Assembly (NCBI GenBank): GCA_902826215.1
Contig: CADEDY010000009.1
Coordinates: 52,304-116,303, forward strand
Direction: 5' to 3'
Length of the DNA: 64,000 nucleotides
From: an uncultured Bacteroidota bacterium
GTDB lineage: Bacteria > Bacteroidota > Bacteroidia > Flavobacteriales_F > PHOS-HE28
Part shown: piece after piece, positions 8,235-17,260 of the stretch
Layout of the letters: each line of letters opens with the position of its first letter
How positions within the stretch are numbered: the stretch's first letter is position 1
The notes under the pieces: generated by a model
What the model was told of the DNA's origin: nothing
What the model saw: the letters and a program-made list of their open reading frames with translations, nothing else
Database searches by the model: none
Made by a program: the position numbers and the translations under genes

Positions 8235-9614
8235 TCAATTGGTGTGGTGGTGATGCTGGAGGGCGCTGAACCGCAAGCGTGCGCCGAAGGCAACGGAAGT
8301 GAGTTCGTTGAAGAAGCCGTTCTCGTAGCGTACCGATGCCATCAACCATACCGGTCGGCTCACCGGGAACAAGCCAGTGACAAAGGCGCCGCTCATGCGC
8401 TTGCGTTGCTGCACACCGCCGTCAGGGTTGATGCGTGATGACCCGATCACATAGCCGGCATTCACTTCGTACCCTCGTCCTGGCGTGATCTTCGTCGCAA
8501 GCACAAGACGCCGCTCGCTCACTTCGCGTTGGGGTGATGCGAACAGCAGCATCGGTTCCAGCGCAACGGATCGTCCAACGCGGTAGCTGCCGCCCAGGTA
8601 GTACAACCAGTCGCCGGGCAAGCCGCTGCCCTTGGCCAACTGCACGCCGCCTTTTACCGACAGGTCACGGCGGAAGAAGAGGACATGCTCGGCGCGCAAG
8701 GCCCGTTGCGTCGGTGCATCGTCGAGCAATCGGAACGCGCCTTCGAGCAGGGTGCCATGATGTTTATTCCACTTGTGGTAGGCACCGAACGAGACCACTT
8801 GTCCATTGGCACTGCGGCGCAGCAGGTCCGTGTTCTCGATGCTGAGGGAGCGGTCGTACCGAGCGTGTGCCCGCCATCGGTCGCCGAACATGCGTGTGAT
8901 CTGGATGAGTCGCAGGCCGTTGCCCCGCAGTCCGTCCACGTTCGATGGTCCGGCCCACACATCGAGCTCCATTTCCGAGGCCTCGCGACGTAACGCATCC
9001 AGACGCTCCCGTGGCAATGATTCGTTCGGGAATCGTGCGGCAGCTTCTTCATAGTACTTTGCAGCTTGGCGATGATCGCCCCTGCACTTCGCTGCGTCGC
9101 CCATGCCGACCCATGGTTCCAAAAGCTCCGGATGCTCTGCGTGCAATGCTGCGAAGCGCTGGCCAGCATCGGCGCACATGCCCGCCCAGAGCGTCGCGTA
9201 TGCCATACCCATCCGCGCGTCGAGGTTGGTACTATCGAGCACGAGCGCGGCCAGGAAACGTTCACGTGCCTTGCTGTGCTCGCCCGCCCATGCGTACGTA
9301 TAGCCGAGGCCGTTCAGCGCTGCGACATTCCCGGGGTCGGTGCGGAGCAGGATGGTGTAAGCGCCCACGGCATCATCCGTGCGACCGAGCCACGCGTTCA
9401 CCTCCGCGAACTCGCGCAACGCGACCCTGTCGTCCTGATGTTCCAACAACCATCGTCTGAAATCGTCGACCGCATGGGTCAGATCTCCCCTGTCCCGGTG
9501 TTGGCGTGCGGCATCAAGCGTATTGGTCTGGGCCAATAGTGCAACGGCAAGCGCCATGGCGAACAAGGCCAAGGCCAAGCGGAGCGAGATCGTGGTGGTC
9601 CTGTAGGGTCGCAT
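8235..9614 (-). CDS. TPR-repeat protein with a C-terminal outer-membrane beta-barrel-like domain (YaiO/PgaA/BcsC-like exporter candidate)
   Basis: A signal-like region is present (MRPYRTTTISLRLALALFAMALAVALLAQT). TPR-like helical repeats follow (LGRTDDAVGAYTILLRTDPGNVAALNGLGYTYAWAGEH...). The C-terminal half has the alternating beta-strand character of a porin and ends ...VAFGARLRF. The gene lies 9 nt upstream of the GT2 gene. The start is placed at an internal Met; the track ORF extends to 9662. Confidence 0.6.
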   Translation of the reverse strand: MRPYRTTTISLRLALALFAMALAVALLAQTNTLDAARQHRDRGDLTHAVDDFRRWLLEHQDDRVALREFAEVNAWLGRTDDAVGAYTILLRTDPGNVAALNGLGYTYAWAGEHSKARERFLAALVLDSTNLDARMGMAYATLWAGMCADAGQRFAALHAEHPELLEPWVGMGDAAKCRGDHRQAAKYYEEAAARFPNESLPRERLDALRREASEMELDVWAGPSNVDGLRGNGLRLIQITRMFGDRWRAHARYDRSLSIENTDLLRRSANGQVVSFGAYHKWNKHHGTLLEGAFRLLDDAPTQRALRAEHVLFFRRDLSVKGGVQLAKGSGLPGDWLYYLGGSYRVGRSVALEPMLLFASPQREVSERRLVLATKITPGRGYEVNAGYVIGSSRINPDGGVQQRKRMSGAFVTGLFPVSRPVWLMASVRYENGFFNELTSVAFGARLRFSALQHHHHTN

Positions 9615-9855
9615 GCTCGTGAGTTGAGCATGCAAGTGAGTGGATCGTCGTATCAGGCCCACTGTCGAGGATGCCGGAACGGTTGGCGGAGCGGACCAAA
9701 CGGGCGATCCATTGGATGAACTCTTCAGGCCCGAGCGAACATCTACGAAGCACTGTGATGAAGTGGGATCCGGCGTTGCGTGCGGCCCCTCGACCTTCTT
9801 TACAAGGCCCGTCCGAAGTAGTGACGTGGGCTTGCTTGCTGCTCTATCGTTGTGA

Positions 9856-10446
9856 TCACCGCGCCAGCCGCCCGAAGTACAACGAGTCCAGGAAGGTGCC
9901 GTTCCAGAAGATGTTCTCCTTGAAGTGACCCTCCTGCACGAAGCCGTTCTTGACTAGAGCACGGATCGAGGCGGTGTTCTCGGGTCGTGTGATCGCCTCG
10001 ATACGATGCAAGCCTAGCGTGCTGAAGCCACAATCGACCGCAGCTGCGATCGCTTCGCTGATGAGGCCCTTTCCCCAGTGGTCGTGGGAGAGCATGTACC
10101 CAAGCTCGGCATAGTGATGGTCCTTTATGAAGCGCCAAAAACCGATGAGGCCGATGAAGGTATCGTCGCCCTTCTGCGTGATGGCCCACTGCACGGCATC
10201 GTTCGCGGCCACCGTGTTGGTGATCAGTTCGATCAAGGCCTCCGCATCTGCCTTGGACGTCGCCAAGGGTCGGTTCACATGCTGCATCACGTGTGGGTCT
10301 GAACGCAAGGCGAAGACCTCCGCAACATCCGATGGACGAAGCTCGCGCAGAACCAGCCGTTCGGTGGTGAGCACGGGGAAGGTCTGGAGGTCGAGGGTGA
10401 GCATGGGTGGTTCAGCAAAGGTCGATACGGAAACACGATGTAGCAT
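9856..10446 (-). CDS. GNAT family N-acetyltransferase (RimJ/RimL-like)
   Basis: The N-terminus reads LTTERLVLRELRPSDVAEVFALRSDPHVMQHV. A coenzyme-A-binding region HRIEAITRPENTASIRALVKNGF is present. Confidence 0.8.
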   Translation of the reverse strand: MLHRVSVSTFAEPPMLTLDLQTFPVLTTERLVLRELRPSDVAEVFALRSDPHVMQHVNRPLATSKADAEALIELITNTVAANDAVQWAITQKGDDTFIGLIGFWRFIKDHHYAELGYMLSHDHWGKGLISEAIAAAVDCGFSTLGLHRIEAITRPENTASIRALVKNGFVQEGHFKENIFWNGTFLDSLYFGRLAR

Positions 10447-10524
10447 TCACATTTCCGTTGCAGCCCATGTGGGTTCTTCAGCCACTGCTTGCAGAATCCA
10501 CCTTTCACAACCTACATTCACCGG

Positions 10525-10710
10525 ATGCTAACCCCTACCCGGCTGCGCACGTTGTTGGTAGTGCTGATCGTATTCATCATGCTCAGCTGCACGGCATCAG
10601 CTATTCTCGGTCTGCGTGGTGGCCACACCGCGCGAGCGGCGAGCACCTTCTTCGCTGGACTGACCTTCTCGATCCTGTTCTGGATGCGCTTGCCGAAGAA
10701 GAACGCCTAG
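10525..10710 (+). CDS. Possible small two-helix membrane protein (61 aa)
   Basis: This is the internal Met of track ORF 10489-10710 and encodes MLTPTRLRTLLVVLIVFIMLSCTASAILG...TFFAGLTFSILFWMRLPKKNA. Third codon positions are GC-rich. It sits in the divergent GNAT/VOC intergenic region. No similarity-based support is available. Confidence 0.3.
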   Translation: MLTPTRLRTLLVVLIVFIMLSCTASAILGLRGGHTARAASTFFAGLTFSILFWMRLPKKNA

Positions 10711-10815
10711 CCAACTGTCTTTTCCAACGTCCGCTGCAGGGGCTCATGACCGTTCCCGGTTCTGATCTTGCGGGTTCCGAATGCATCATTCATCTTTGGG
10801 CGATTCTCTACTTCC

Positions 10816-11172
10816 ATGCTCACCGCCGTCCACCCGAAACTTCCCATGCGCGATAGGGCCAGGACCAAGGTCTACTACACGGAGCAGCTCGGCTTCACGG
10901 TCTTCGGCAATGCCGACCACGATGGCTATTTGATGCTCGAACGGGACGGCCTTCAGATCCATTTCTTCGAGCACAGGGACCTCGATCCGAAGGAGAACTA
11001 CGGGCAAGTGTACCTGCGCACCGACGACATCGAGGTGTTGTACCGATCGTTGGTGGAACGCGGGGTGGCGATCCACCCGAACGGAGTACTCAGCACCAGA
11101 CCATGGGGCCAGAAGGAATTCGCGCTGCTCGACCCGGATCACAATCTGTTGACCTTCGGGCAAACAGCGTGA
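10816..11172 (+). CDS. VOC family protein (glyoxalase / bleomycin-resistance fold)
   Basis: The sequence KVYYTEQLGFTVFGNADHDGYLMLERDGLQIHFFEH...ALLDPDHNLLTFGQ is typical of a VOC beta-alpha-beta-beta-beta module. An internal Met was chosen as the start; the track ORF begins at 10768. Confidence 0.7.
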   Translation: MLTAVHPKLPMRDRARTKVYYTEQLGFTVFGNADHDGYLMLERDGLQIHFFEHRDLDPKENYGQVYLRTDDIEVLYRSLVERGVAIHPNGVLSTRPWGQKEFALLDPDHNLLTFGQTA

Positions 11173-11179
11173 TGGTGCC

Positions 11180-11554
11180 GTGGCGTCGCGCAATAGAACG
11201 GATGCATACACGTTGGATCGAGCAATGCGCTTCCTCCAATTCCTGCAGGTCCTCTTTTCGATCGCACTGCTAAGCGGGTTCACGCTTTGGTATATCCTGG
11301 ACCATACGCTGCACGGGTACGCGCCTGAGAGCCCCTTTCTGCGCTGGTGGCACGACCTTCCGGATCAACCGGAGTTCGACCTGATGCTTGCTCAATTGGC
11401 CTACCCGCCGCTGTGGTGGATCAGCCGGGGTCTGCCATGGAGCACCTTCTGGCGAAGATGGCGTTGGGTGCATCTAGCCTTGGTCCTTCTGCTCATCGTG
11501 GCCACAGGGCTCCTCTACTTGGCCACTCCCGATCTTGGCGGCCATTGGGGCTGA
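11180..11554 (+). CDS. Hypothetical membrane protein (Trp-rich, 2-3 transmembrane helices)
   Basis: The ORF has coding-like GC3. Hydrophobic helices are present (FLQVLFSIALLSGFTLWYIL and VHLALVLLLIVATGLLYLA). The start could instead be the Met at 11225. Confidence 0.45.
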   Translation: MASRNRTDAYTLDRAMRFLQFLQVLFSIALLSGFTLWYILDHTLHGYAPESPFLRWWHDLPDQPEFDLMLAQLAYPPLWWISRGLPWSTFWRRWRWVHLALVLLLIVATGLLYLATPDLGGHWG

Positions 11555-11666
11555 GGGTGATCGAAACTGCCGGACGGCATGTGCCAGTGACCGAGCAGCA
11601 TGCAATGAGCGGAGGAGGGCAATATCCGCACTGAAATACCGTCAATAGCCTAGAACACGACGAACC

Positions 11667-12329
11667 ATGAAACCCACCACCCTCGTATTGCCCGCCATAC
11701 TGTTGGTGACGATCACTTCCTGCAAGAAAGAAAACGACGAGGTCAGCGCGCCGATCATCCCTACCCCTGACCCGATCGCCATCACAGCGTTCAGCCAGCT
11801 ACAGGCCGGCAACTACTGGGTGTACGAACGACGCCAGGTGGACTCGATGGACGTGGACCAAGGGACATCGGTGTTGGTGGATAGCATCTTCGTGACCGAT
11901 GAAACGATCGAGGAACTGGGCGTGAACTACACGGTACTACGCAAGGCTTCCAACGGAGTGGTGACAGCGGCGTACTACCTCTGGCGTGATTCGGCCAACT
12001 GCATCGTGAATGATCTTCACCGTATCCAGTTCTGCTCGTCGCCATTGGATGAAGTGGTGGAGACCACCTTCTCCGGGGGACCCAATGGTGTACAGATCGA
12101 CGTGTCCGTTAGCTCCGCAATGGAGGGGCTGACCGTTCCTGCTGGCAGCTTCTCCACATACAAGCTCACCGGTACGGTCACCAGTTATGGCACCTTCCCG
12201 TTCCAGCCTTCGTGGAAGCACCCCCGTTCCTATTGGGCTCCCGGTGTGGGTAGGGTGAAATGGTATGATCATTACGCCGCCGGGGACCTGGGATACCGGT
12301 TCGAATTGGTTCGCTACAACGTGCAGTGA
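11667..12329 (+). CDS. Hypothetical lipoprotein
   Basis: A lipoprotein signal is present (MKPTTLVLPAILLVTITSCKKEN, lipobox ITSC). The ORF has coding-like GC3. Confidence 0.6.
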   Translation: MKPTTLVLPAILLVTITSCKKENDEVSAPIIPTPDPIAITAFSQLQAGNYWVYERRQVDSMDVDQGTSVLVDSIFVTDETIEELGVNYTVLRKASNGVVTAAYYLWRDSANCIVNDLHRIQFCSSPLDEVVETTFSGGPNGVQIDVSVSSAMEGLTVPAGSFSTYKLTGTVTSYGTFPFQPSWKHPRSYWAPGVGRVKWYDHYAAGDLGYRFELVRYNVQ

Positions 12330-12537
12330 ACGAAGTCCGGAGCATGTCGATACTCGTTCGAACACACTCCCACCCAGACCACTTACCACACCATCTGGTC
12401 TTGACGTGGTAGCCCTATAACCGCTGTAAGCGCCGGACCTTCACCTCGTTGTCAGCACCCAACCGTATGAGCTACAACCCGGGACTACACCTTCCAGATC
12501 GATCACGGTTTCGCGTCCGTCCGTCCCGGTCGAGCCC

Positions 12538-12957
12538 CTAATCAACTTCCCGCTCGATCTCCGCCAGTTGCGACTTCAACCACCTGCGCGCTTTGGCCTC
12601 CTTGTCTGTCACCAATACCCGATGCGGCTGCGGATAGTACTTGAAGTAGATCTCCAGTAGTTGTTCGATCATGTTCGCCTTGGCCACGATGGCCGTTGCC
12701 AACACCAGCCCCATGGATCGATCCTCGGCCAGGTAATCCTTTTCCATGGCGTTGAGGCTGAAATCCACATCTTTTGGGATGATGGTGAGCATCGCGTACT
12801 GCTGGTCGCCCATGATGCGCCGCCGTGTCTCCTGCACCTCGGTCAAGTGCTCGGGGGTCAACAGGCAACCCTTGTTGTAGTGGACCTCCAACAGATCCGG
12901 TTGCACACGAACCAGCGTCGCGATGGTGGTCCGGACTTCAGGCGACTCGACGGTCAT
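12538..12957 (-). CDS. Hypothetical protein (conserved small domain, possibly STAS/SpoIIAA-like)
   Basis: Internal Met of track ORF 12538-13137, encoding MTVESPEVRTTIATLVRVQPDLLEVHYNKG... Confidence 0.45.
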   Translation of the reverse strand: MTVESPEVRTTIATLVRVQPDLLEVHYNKGCLLTPEHLTEVQETRRRIMGDQQYAMLTIIPKDVDFSLNAMEKDYLAEDRSMGLVLATAIVAKANMIEQLLEIYFKYYPQPHRVLVTDKEAKARRWLKSQLAEIEREVD

Positions 12958-13076
12958 GCAGCGAAAATACGATCCTCCTTGTTCACTTGGCCGGTTGACT
13001 GCGTGCCGGAACACAAGCGGGCGATCCACGGGGATCTCCCCCCTTTCCCGTCCACCACACGAGGCAACATTTCGCG

Positions 13077-13415
13077 CTAAGCTTTCTTCACGAATTCGCT
13101 CTTCAGCGCCATGGCACCGAAGCCCTCGATCCGGCAATCGATGTTGTGGTCGCCTTCCACGAGTTTGATGCCACGGACCTTGGTGCCTGCCTTCAAGGCC
13201 TTGGGTGCTCCTTTCACCGCGAGGTCCTTCACCATCACCACGTCGTCGCCATCCTGGAGGATGTTACCGTTCGCATCCTTCACCACTGACGGTGCATTCT
13301 CCGCATCGATCTCGTCCTGGTTCCACTCGTGGCCGCATTCGCCGCACATCCACGAGGTGCCTGTTGGGTAGGTGATGCTGGATCGACAGTTGGGACAGGT
13401 GGGTTGGTTGCTCAT
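13077..13415 (-). CDS. phnA: PhnA/YjdC-family zinc-ribbon protein
   Basis: MSNQPTCPNCRSSITYPTGTSWMCGECGHEWN...VVKDANGNILQDGDDVVMVKDLAVKG...IKLVEGDHNIDCRIEGFGAMALKSEFVKKA matches the PhnA family across nearly its full length. The start is an internal Met of track ORF 13077-13703. Confidence 0.8.
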   Translation of the reverse strand: MSNQPTCPNCRSSITYPTGTSWMCGECGHEWNQDEIDAENAPSVVKDANGNILQDGDDVVMVKDLAVKGAPKALKAGTKVRGIKLVEGDHNIDCRIEGFGAMALKSEFVKKA

Positions 13416-13702
13416 GGGTGGTGGTGCTTTGCGTGGCCGCGAAAGTACCTCGTTCCATTCTAGCGCTCCGTGGATGTGCCATTCTGCTTTTCGAGCCATT
13501 CGGCGCGGCAAACAAAAGGCGTTCTTCTGTTGTTCGTACTTTAGCAATTGGTGAGGCGCCATGGAGCGTCCACGATCAGCCCACCTTGCATCGGGTCGTA
13601 TATCGGCGCTGAAGCGCTTGGTCCTTTCGCCTCTCTTGAGCTGATCCCGGGCCGCACTGTAACGGAATCCGTACGTGACCATGAATCTGGTGGTCGCTGC
13701 CA

Positions 13703-14542
13703 TTGAACTACCATGAACCTGTGAACATGAACAAAGCCGAAGACCTCACTCAGAAAGGAATTGACCTGTTGATCACCCACGGACCGCGCGTCCTCATGGC
13801 CATCGTGGTCCTCATCGTTGGCTTGTGGCTCATTCGCTTGGCGATGCGTGGCATGACCCAAGTGATGCAGAAGCAGGACATGGACCCTTCCTTGATCCCC
13901 TTCCTGCGCAGCACCGCCTCCGTGGTATTGAAAGTGATGCTCGTGATCAGCGTGGTGCAGATGGTCGGCGTTGAGACGACCTCGTTCGTTGCCGTACTGG
14001 CCTCCGCCGGCCTTGCTGTTGGACTGGCCCTCAGCGGCACCCTGCAGAACTTCGCCGGTGGCGTGATGATCCTGCTCTTCAAGCCCTTCAAGGTGGGCGA
14101 TTTCATCGAGGCACAAGGCCACAGCGGCACGGTGAAGAGCATCCGCATCTTCAACACCATATTGGCCACACCCGATAACCGGACAGTGATCCTGCCGAAC
14201 GCCCCCGTGAGCTCCGATGCACTCGTGAACTTCAGCACCGAGCCACAGCGTCGTGTCGATCTGCTGTTCGGCATCGGCTACAACGACGATATCGATAGCG
14301 CGCGCATGGCGATACAGGGCGTGATCGACGGCGATGAACGCATTCGGAAGGAACCCGCACCCCTGATCGTGGTGAGCGAATTGGCGGATAGCTCGGTGAA
14401 CTTCACAGTGCGCGTTTGGGTGAACACTTCCGACTACTGGCCCGTGAACTTCCACCTCACGGAGACGGTGAAGAAGGAGTTCGACAAAGCGGGCATCAGC
14501 ATTCCATTCCCGCAGATGGATGTGCATACGCACGCCGCTTGA
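13703..14542 (+). CDS. Mechanosensitive ion channel, MscS family
   Basis: Three transmembrane helices are followed by an MscS beta-domain (LAVGLALSGTLQNFAGGVMILLFKPFKVGDFIEAQGHSGTVKSIRIFNTILATPDNRTVILPN). The start may instead be the Met at 13727. Confidence 0.8.
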   Translation: MNYHEPVNMNKAEDLTQKGIDLLITHGPRVLMAIVVLIVGLWLIRLAMRGMTQVMQKQDMDPSLIPFLRSTASVVLKVMLVISVVQMVGVETTSFVAVLASAGLAVGLALSGTLQNFAGGVMILLFKPFKVGDFIEAQGHSGTVKSIRIFNTILATPDNRTVILPNAPVSSDALVNFSTEPQRRVDLLFGIGYNDDIDSARMAIQGVIDGDERIRKEPAPLIVVSELADSSVNFTVRVWVNTSDYWPVNFHLTETVKKEFDKAGISIPFPQMDVHTHAA

Positions 14543-14592
14543 TCCAGCGAGGTGAACAGCCGCATACACTGATCCGGTCCGTTCGTCGTTGG

Positions 14593-15315
14593 ATGAACAG
14601 CCGATCGATGCATTGCGTGCCCCACTCCTCTTTTCGTTGCCTGCTGTTGATGTTCAGCTGCGCCATGCTGGCAGATCACGCTAGCGCGCAAGGCTTCTCC
14701 TTGTTGGGCGGCGCCAACTACACTTGGATGCGCGACCCTTTGGGCGTGGACCATGGTCCAAAGGCCGGGCACAGTGTGAGCGGGGCCGGCTATTCCTTGG
14801 AAGTGGATCACGAGCCGGGACACAGCGGTCCGTTCGGCCTATGCTACGGGCTGGCCTTTGCGCAGCGTTCGGTAGGCTATCAATTCGACGAGATTCAAAC
14901 AGGCTATCCCGCAAGTGCGTTGGACGATGGATCGGATCGTGGGACGCGCAATATGCAGTGCCGTGTGATCGAGTTGCCTGTGATGCTCGCGTACAGAGGT
15001 CGGCAGGGTTTGCGCTTGGAAGGGGGCTTGTACGTGAGTCGGTTGCTCAGCGCCGTGGACCTGAAAAAAGGAACGCGACTGGTCGACAACATGAGCGAGA
15101 TGGACCTGCACGAACGGATCGACCGCACCGCTTCACTCGCGCCGTGGGAGGTCGGAGGCATCGTGGGTGCGTTGATCGAAGGACCGCGGCACTTCCACAT
15201 GAGCATCCGGTACAAGAAGGGTTTCACCAATTTGGATCGTGCGATCGGCTCCTCCCCGAGCTATACCGATCAATTGCAGGTGTGCGTGGTGTATGCGTTC
15301 CATACGGCACCGTGA
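14593..15315 (+). CDS. Outer-membrane beta-barrel protein (porin/OmpA-like barrel family)
   Basis: Internal Met of track ORF 14416-15315. A signal peptide is present (MNSRSMHCVPHSSFRCLLLMFSCAMLADHASAQ). The body has alternating amphipathic strands and ends VCVVYAF; no terminal aromatic/F residue is seen. Confidence 0.55.
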   Translation: MNSRSMHCVPHSSFRCLLLMFSCAMLADHASAQGFSLLGGANYTWMRDPLGVDHGPKAGHSVSGAGYSLEVDHEPGHSGPFGLCYGLAFAQRSVGYQFDEIQTGYPASALDDGSDRGTRNMQCRVIELPVMLAYRGRQGLRLEGGLYVSRLLSAVDLKKGTRLVDNMSEMDLHERIDRTASLAPWEVGGIVGALIEGPRHFHMSIRYKKGFTNLDRAIGSSPSYTDQLQVCVVYAFHTAP

Positions 15316-15374
15316 GGGGTGATCGTTCACATCCGGCGAATGCGCCGATGTATGGTTGAACCAACACCAATACC

Positions 15375-16532
15375 ATGCGTCCCTCATCCCCCCTCTCACT
15401 CCTCCCCGCCTTGTTGTTCTTGGCCTGCAGCACTGGACAAGCCAACAACGACGACCGAAGTATGAGTGGCCCGGAAGCCTTCAGCGAAGCGATCGCGATG
15501 AATAATGATGCACAAAGCAGTTCGCCGAACGAGCAGCAGCCCGACGACGGGCAAGGAGCCGGTGGAATGCGGACGTACACCATCCAGAGCCCGCAGTTCG
15601 GCATGGCCATGTCGCAGATGGAACTGCCTGCCGACTGGCAATTGACCCAGGATCCGAGGAACGGTAATTGGAGCGTGAAAGGCCCCGGTGTGAAGGTGGA
15701 GAACTCGGGCACGTTGATGTTCAGCCACAGCCAGGATCCATCAGCGAACAAGATGGCGCAATACAGCGGCCAAAAGGTGCGCCCCTTCGTGCCTGCGGAG
15801 CACGTGGTGCAACAGGACCTGATCCCTTGGATGACCCAGCAGGGCTGCACCTTCGTGGGACAGCAGGACGCACCCGCCGTGGCCAGCGCTGATCAACGGG
15901 GCATGGACCCATTGTACTCCGTTGCGCCTACCCGTAGGACCTGCTACGCCAACGCCTCCGAGTGGAACAAGTCGGACGGGACCAAGGTCTTCGTCGTGAT
16001 GCACCAATGTTCCTTCGAAGGGCAGGGCTCGATCAACTGGGGCTATCAGTTGACCATTCTGGACTGCACAAAGGCCAACTTCGGAACCGCGAAAGCTGGG
16101 CTGATGCACGGCTTGGCCAGCGTGCGCTACAACCCGCAGTACTTCGCGGCGTACAACGCGAACGAACAACGCCAAATGCAACAGAGCTGGTCCCAGCACA
16201 ACGCCCGTATGCAGAACAACCAAGCGGCCTTCGACGCTAGCCAGCGCGCGTATCGGGAGAATGCCAACGCCACCAACGAAGCGATCAAGGGCACCTACCG
16301 CAACCAGCGCGACGCGAGCGATCGGGGCCAGGACCAGTTCATCAACTACGTGCGCGACGAGCAGAACGCCGTGGACCCGAACACCGGCCAGCCCATCAAG
16401 ATCGAGAGCGGATACAACCAGTACTGGATGAACCAGAACGGCCAGTACTACGGCACCGACGACGTGCTCACCGATCCGAACGTGGGCAATACCACGAACG
16501 ACGTTTGGCAGCAGGTGCCAACGGAGGAGTGA
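15375..16532 (+). CDS. Hypothetical secreted lipoprotein with a Q/N/Y-rich C-terminal half
   Basis: A lipobox is present (MRPSSPLSLLPALLFLACSTGQ). From about residue 250 onward the composition is dominated by Q, N, Y, A and D (QQSWSQHNARMQNNQAAFDASQRAYRENANATNEA...NQYWMNQNGQYYGTDD). Confidence 0.55.
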   Translation: MRPSSPLSLLPALLFLACSTGQANNDDRSMSGPEAFSEAIAMNNDAQSSSPNEQQPDDGQGAGGMRTYTIQSPQFGMAMSQMELPADWQLTQDPRNGNWSVKGPGVKVENSGTLMFSHSQDPSANKMAQYSGQKVRPFVPAEHVVQQDLIPWMTQQGCTFVGQQDAPAVASADQRGMDPLYSVAPTRRTCYANASEWNKSDGTKVFVVMHQCSFEGQGSINWGYQLTILDCTKANFGTAKAGLMHGLASVRYNPQYFAAYNANEQRQMQQSWSQHNARMQNNQAAFDASQRAYRENANATNEAIKGTYRNQRDASDRGQDQFINYVRDEQNAVDPNTGQPIKIESGYNQYWMNQNGQYYGTDDVLTDPNVGNTTNDVWQQVPTEE

Positions 16533-16665
16533 TGTGCGCCGGGACTGCGACGCTCTACACGAGGTGACCACCTCGCTGGAGGTCCATTGGCGCTGGCTTC
16601 TACCTTCGAACAAGAAGGGATCGAAGAGGTCCTGCCGCTCCGCACCCCGAACTCGTCCGCATCGA

Positions 16666-17214
16666 ATGCCAAGCTTGACCGATGATGGAGCAGTTTTCCG
16701 TGCTCTGCTGCTGACCCTGGTTCTGTTCAGCGGCCGCCTGCTGCACGCGCAGGACACGGCCTCAACGGTACTGCGGTACCGTGCCCTCGAGATCCACGAT
16801 GAGCTCACCTGGCTGGTCGGGTATCACCAAGGAGCGTTCGGATACGGTGAGCTGGGCATCGGGCGCAACAGGACCGTGATCGGTCATTTCCCCGTGGGCT
16901 GGGGCTATTATGCCGGTGCCGAAATGCGCGTGGACCAACCCGAGATCGTGGGCTTGAAGGTCGGGGCCTATGTGACGAGCGCCTTTGCCATGGGCCTGCA
17001 AATGATCCAGTATGTCAACGGACCGCAAAGCAGCACGGTGCTCCGGCCGGAAATTGGCATCGGGGTCTTGAAGGGCAAGATGACCTATGCGTACAACATC
17101 GGCCTTTCCGCAGAGCGCCTCGCTGGCATCAACTCGCACATGATCAGCTTCACGTACGCCTTCCGGGTAGCGCGCTTCAGAGGCGATGATCGGCATCGTT
17201 CCAAGAACAAGTGA
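16666..17214 (+). CDS. Hypothetical secreted/outer-membrane protein (possible small beta-barrel)
   Basis: Internal Met of track ORF 16534-17214. A signal peptide is present (MPSLTDDGAVFRALLLTLVLFSGRLLHAQD). The protein is glycine/aromatic-rich with alternating residues and ends with the FRVARF motif. Confidence 0.45.
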   Translation: MPSLTDDGAVFRALLLTLVLFSGRLLHAQDTASTVLRYRALEIHDELTWLVGYHQGAFGYGELGIGRNRTVIGHFPVGWGYYAGAEMRVDQPEIVGLKVGAYVTSAFAMGLQMIQYVNGPQSSTVLRPEIGIGVLKGKMTYAYNIGLSAERLAGINSHMISFTYAFRVARFRGDDRHRSKNK

Positions 17215-17260
17215 TCGCGAACATCGGCACGTCCTTGGGTCCAGCAACGACCTTTGTGCA

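Noticed and set aside
12340-12540. tRNA-like GTTCGAA (T-loop-like) motif in the convergent intergenic region after the lipoprotein gene
   Set aside because: Flanking sequence cannot be folded into T-stem, anticodon or acceptor stems, and no cloverleaf-compatible complementarity was found.
13077-13415. PhnA as an indication of a phosphonate utilisation (phn) operon
   Set aside because: No phn transport or C-P lyase genes are nearby. PhnA/YjdC zinc-ribbon proteins commonly occur as stand-alone genes.
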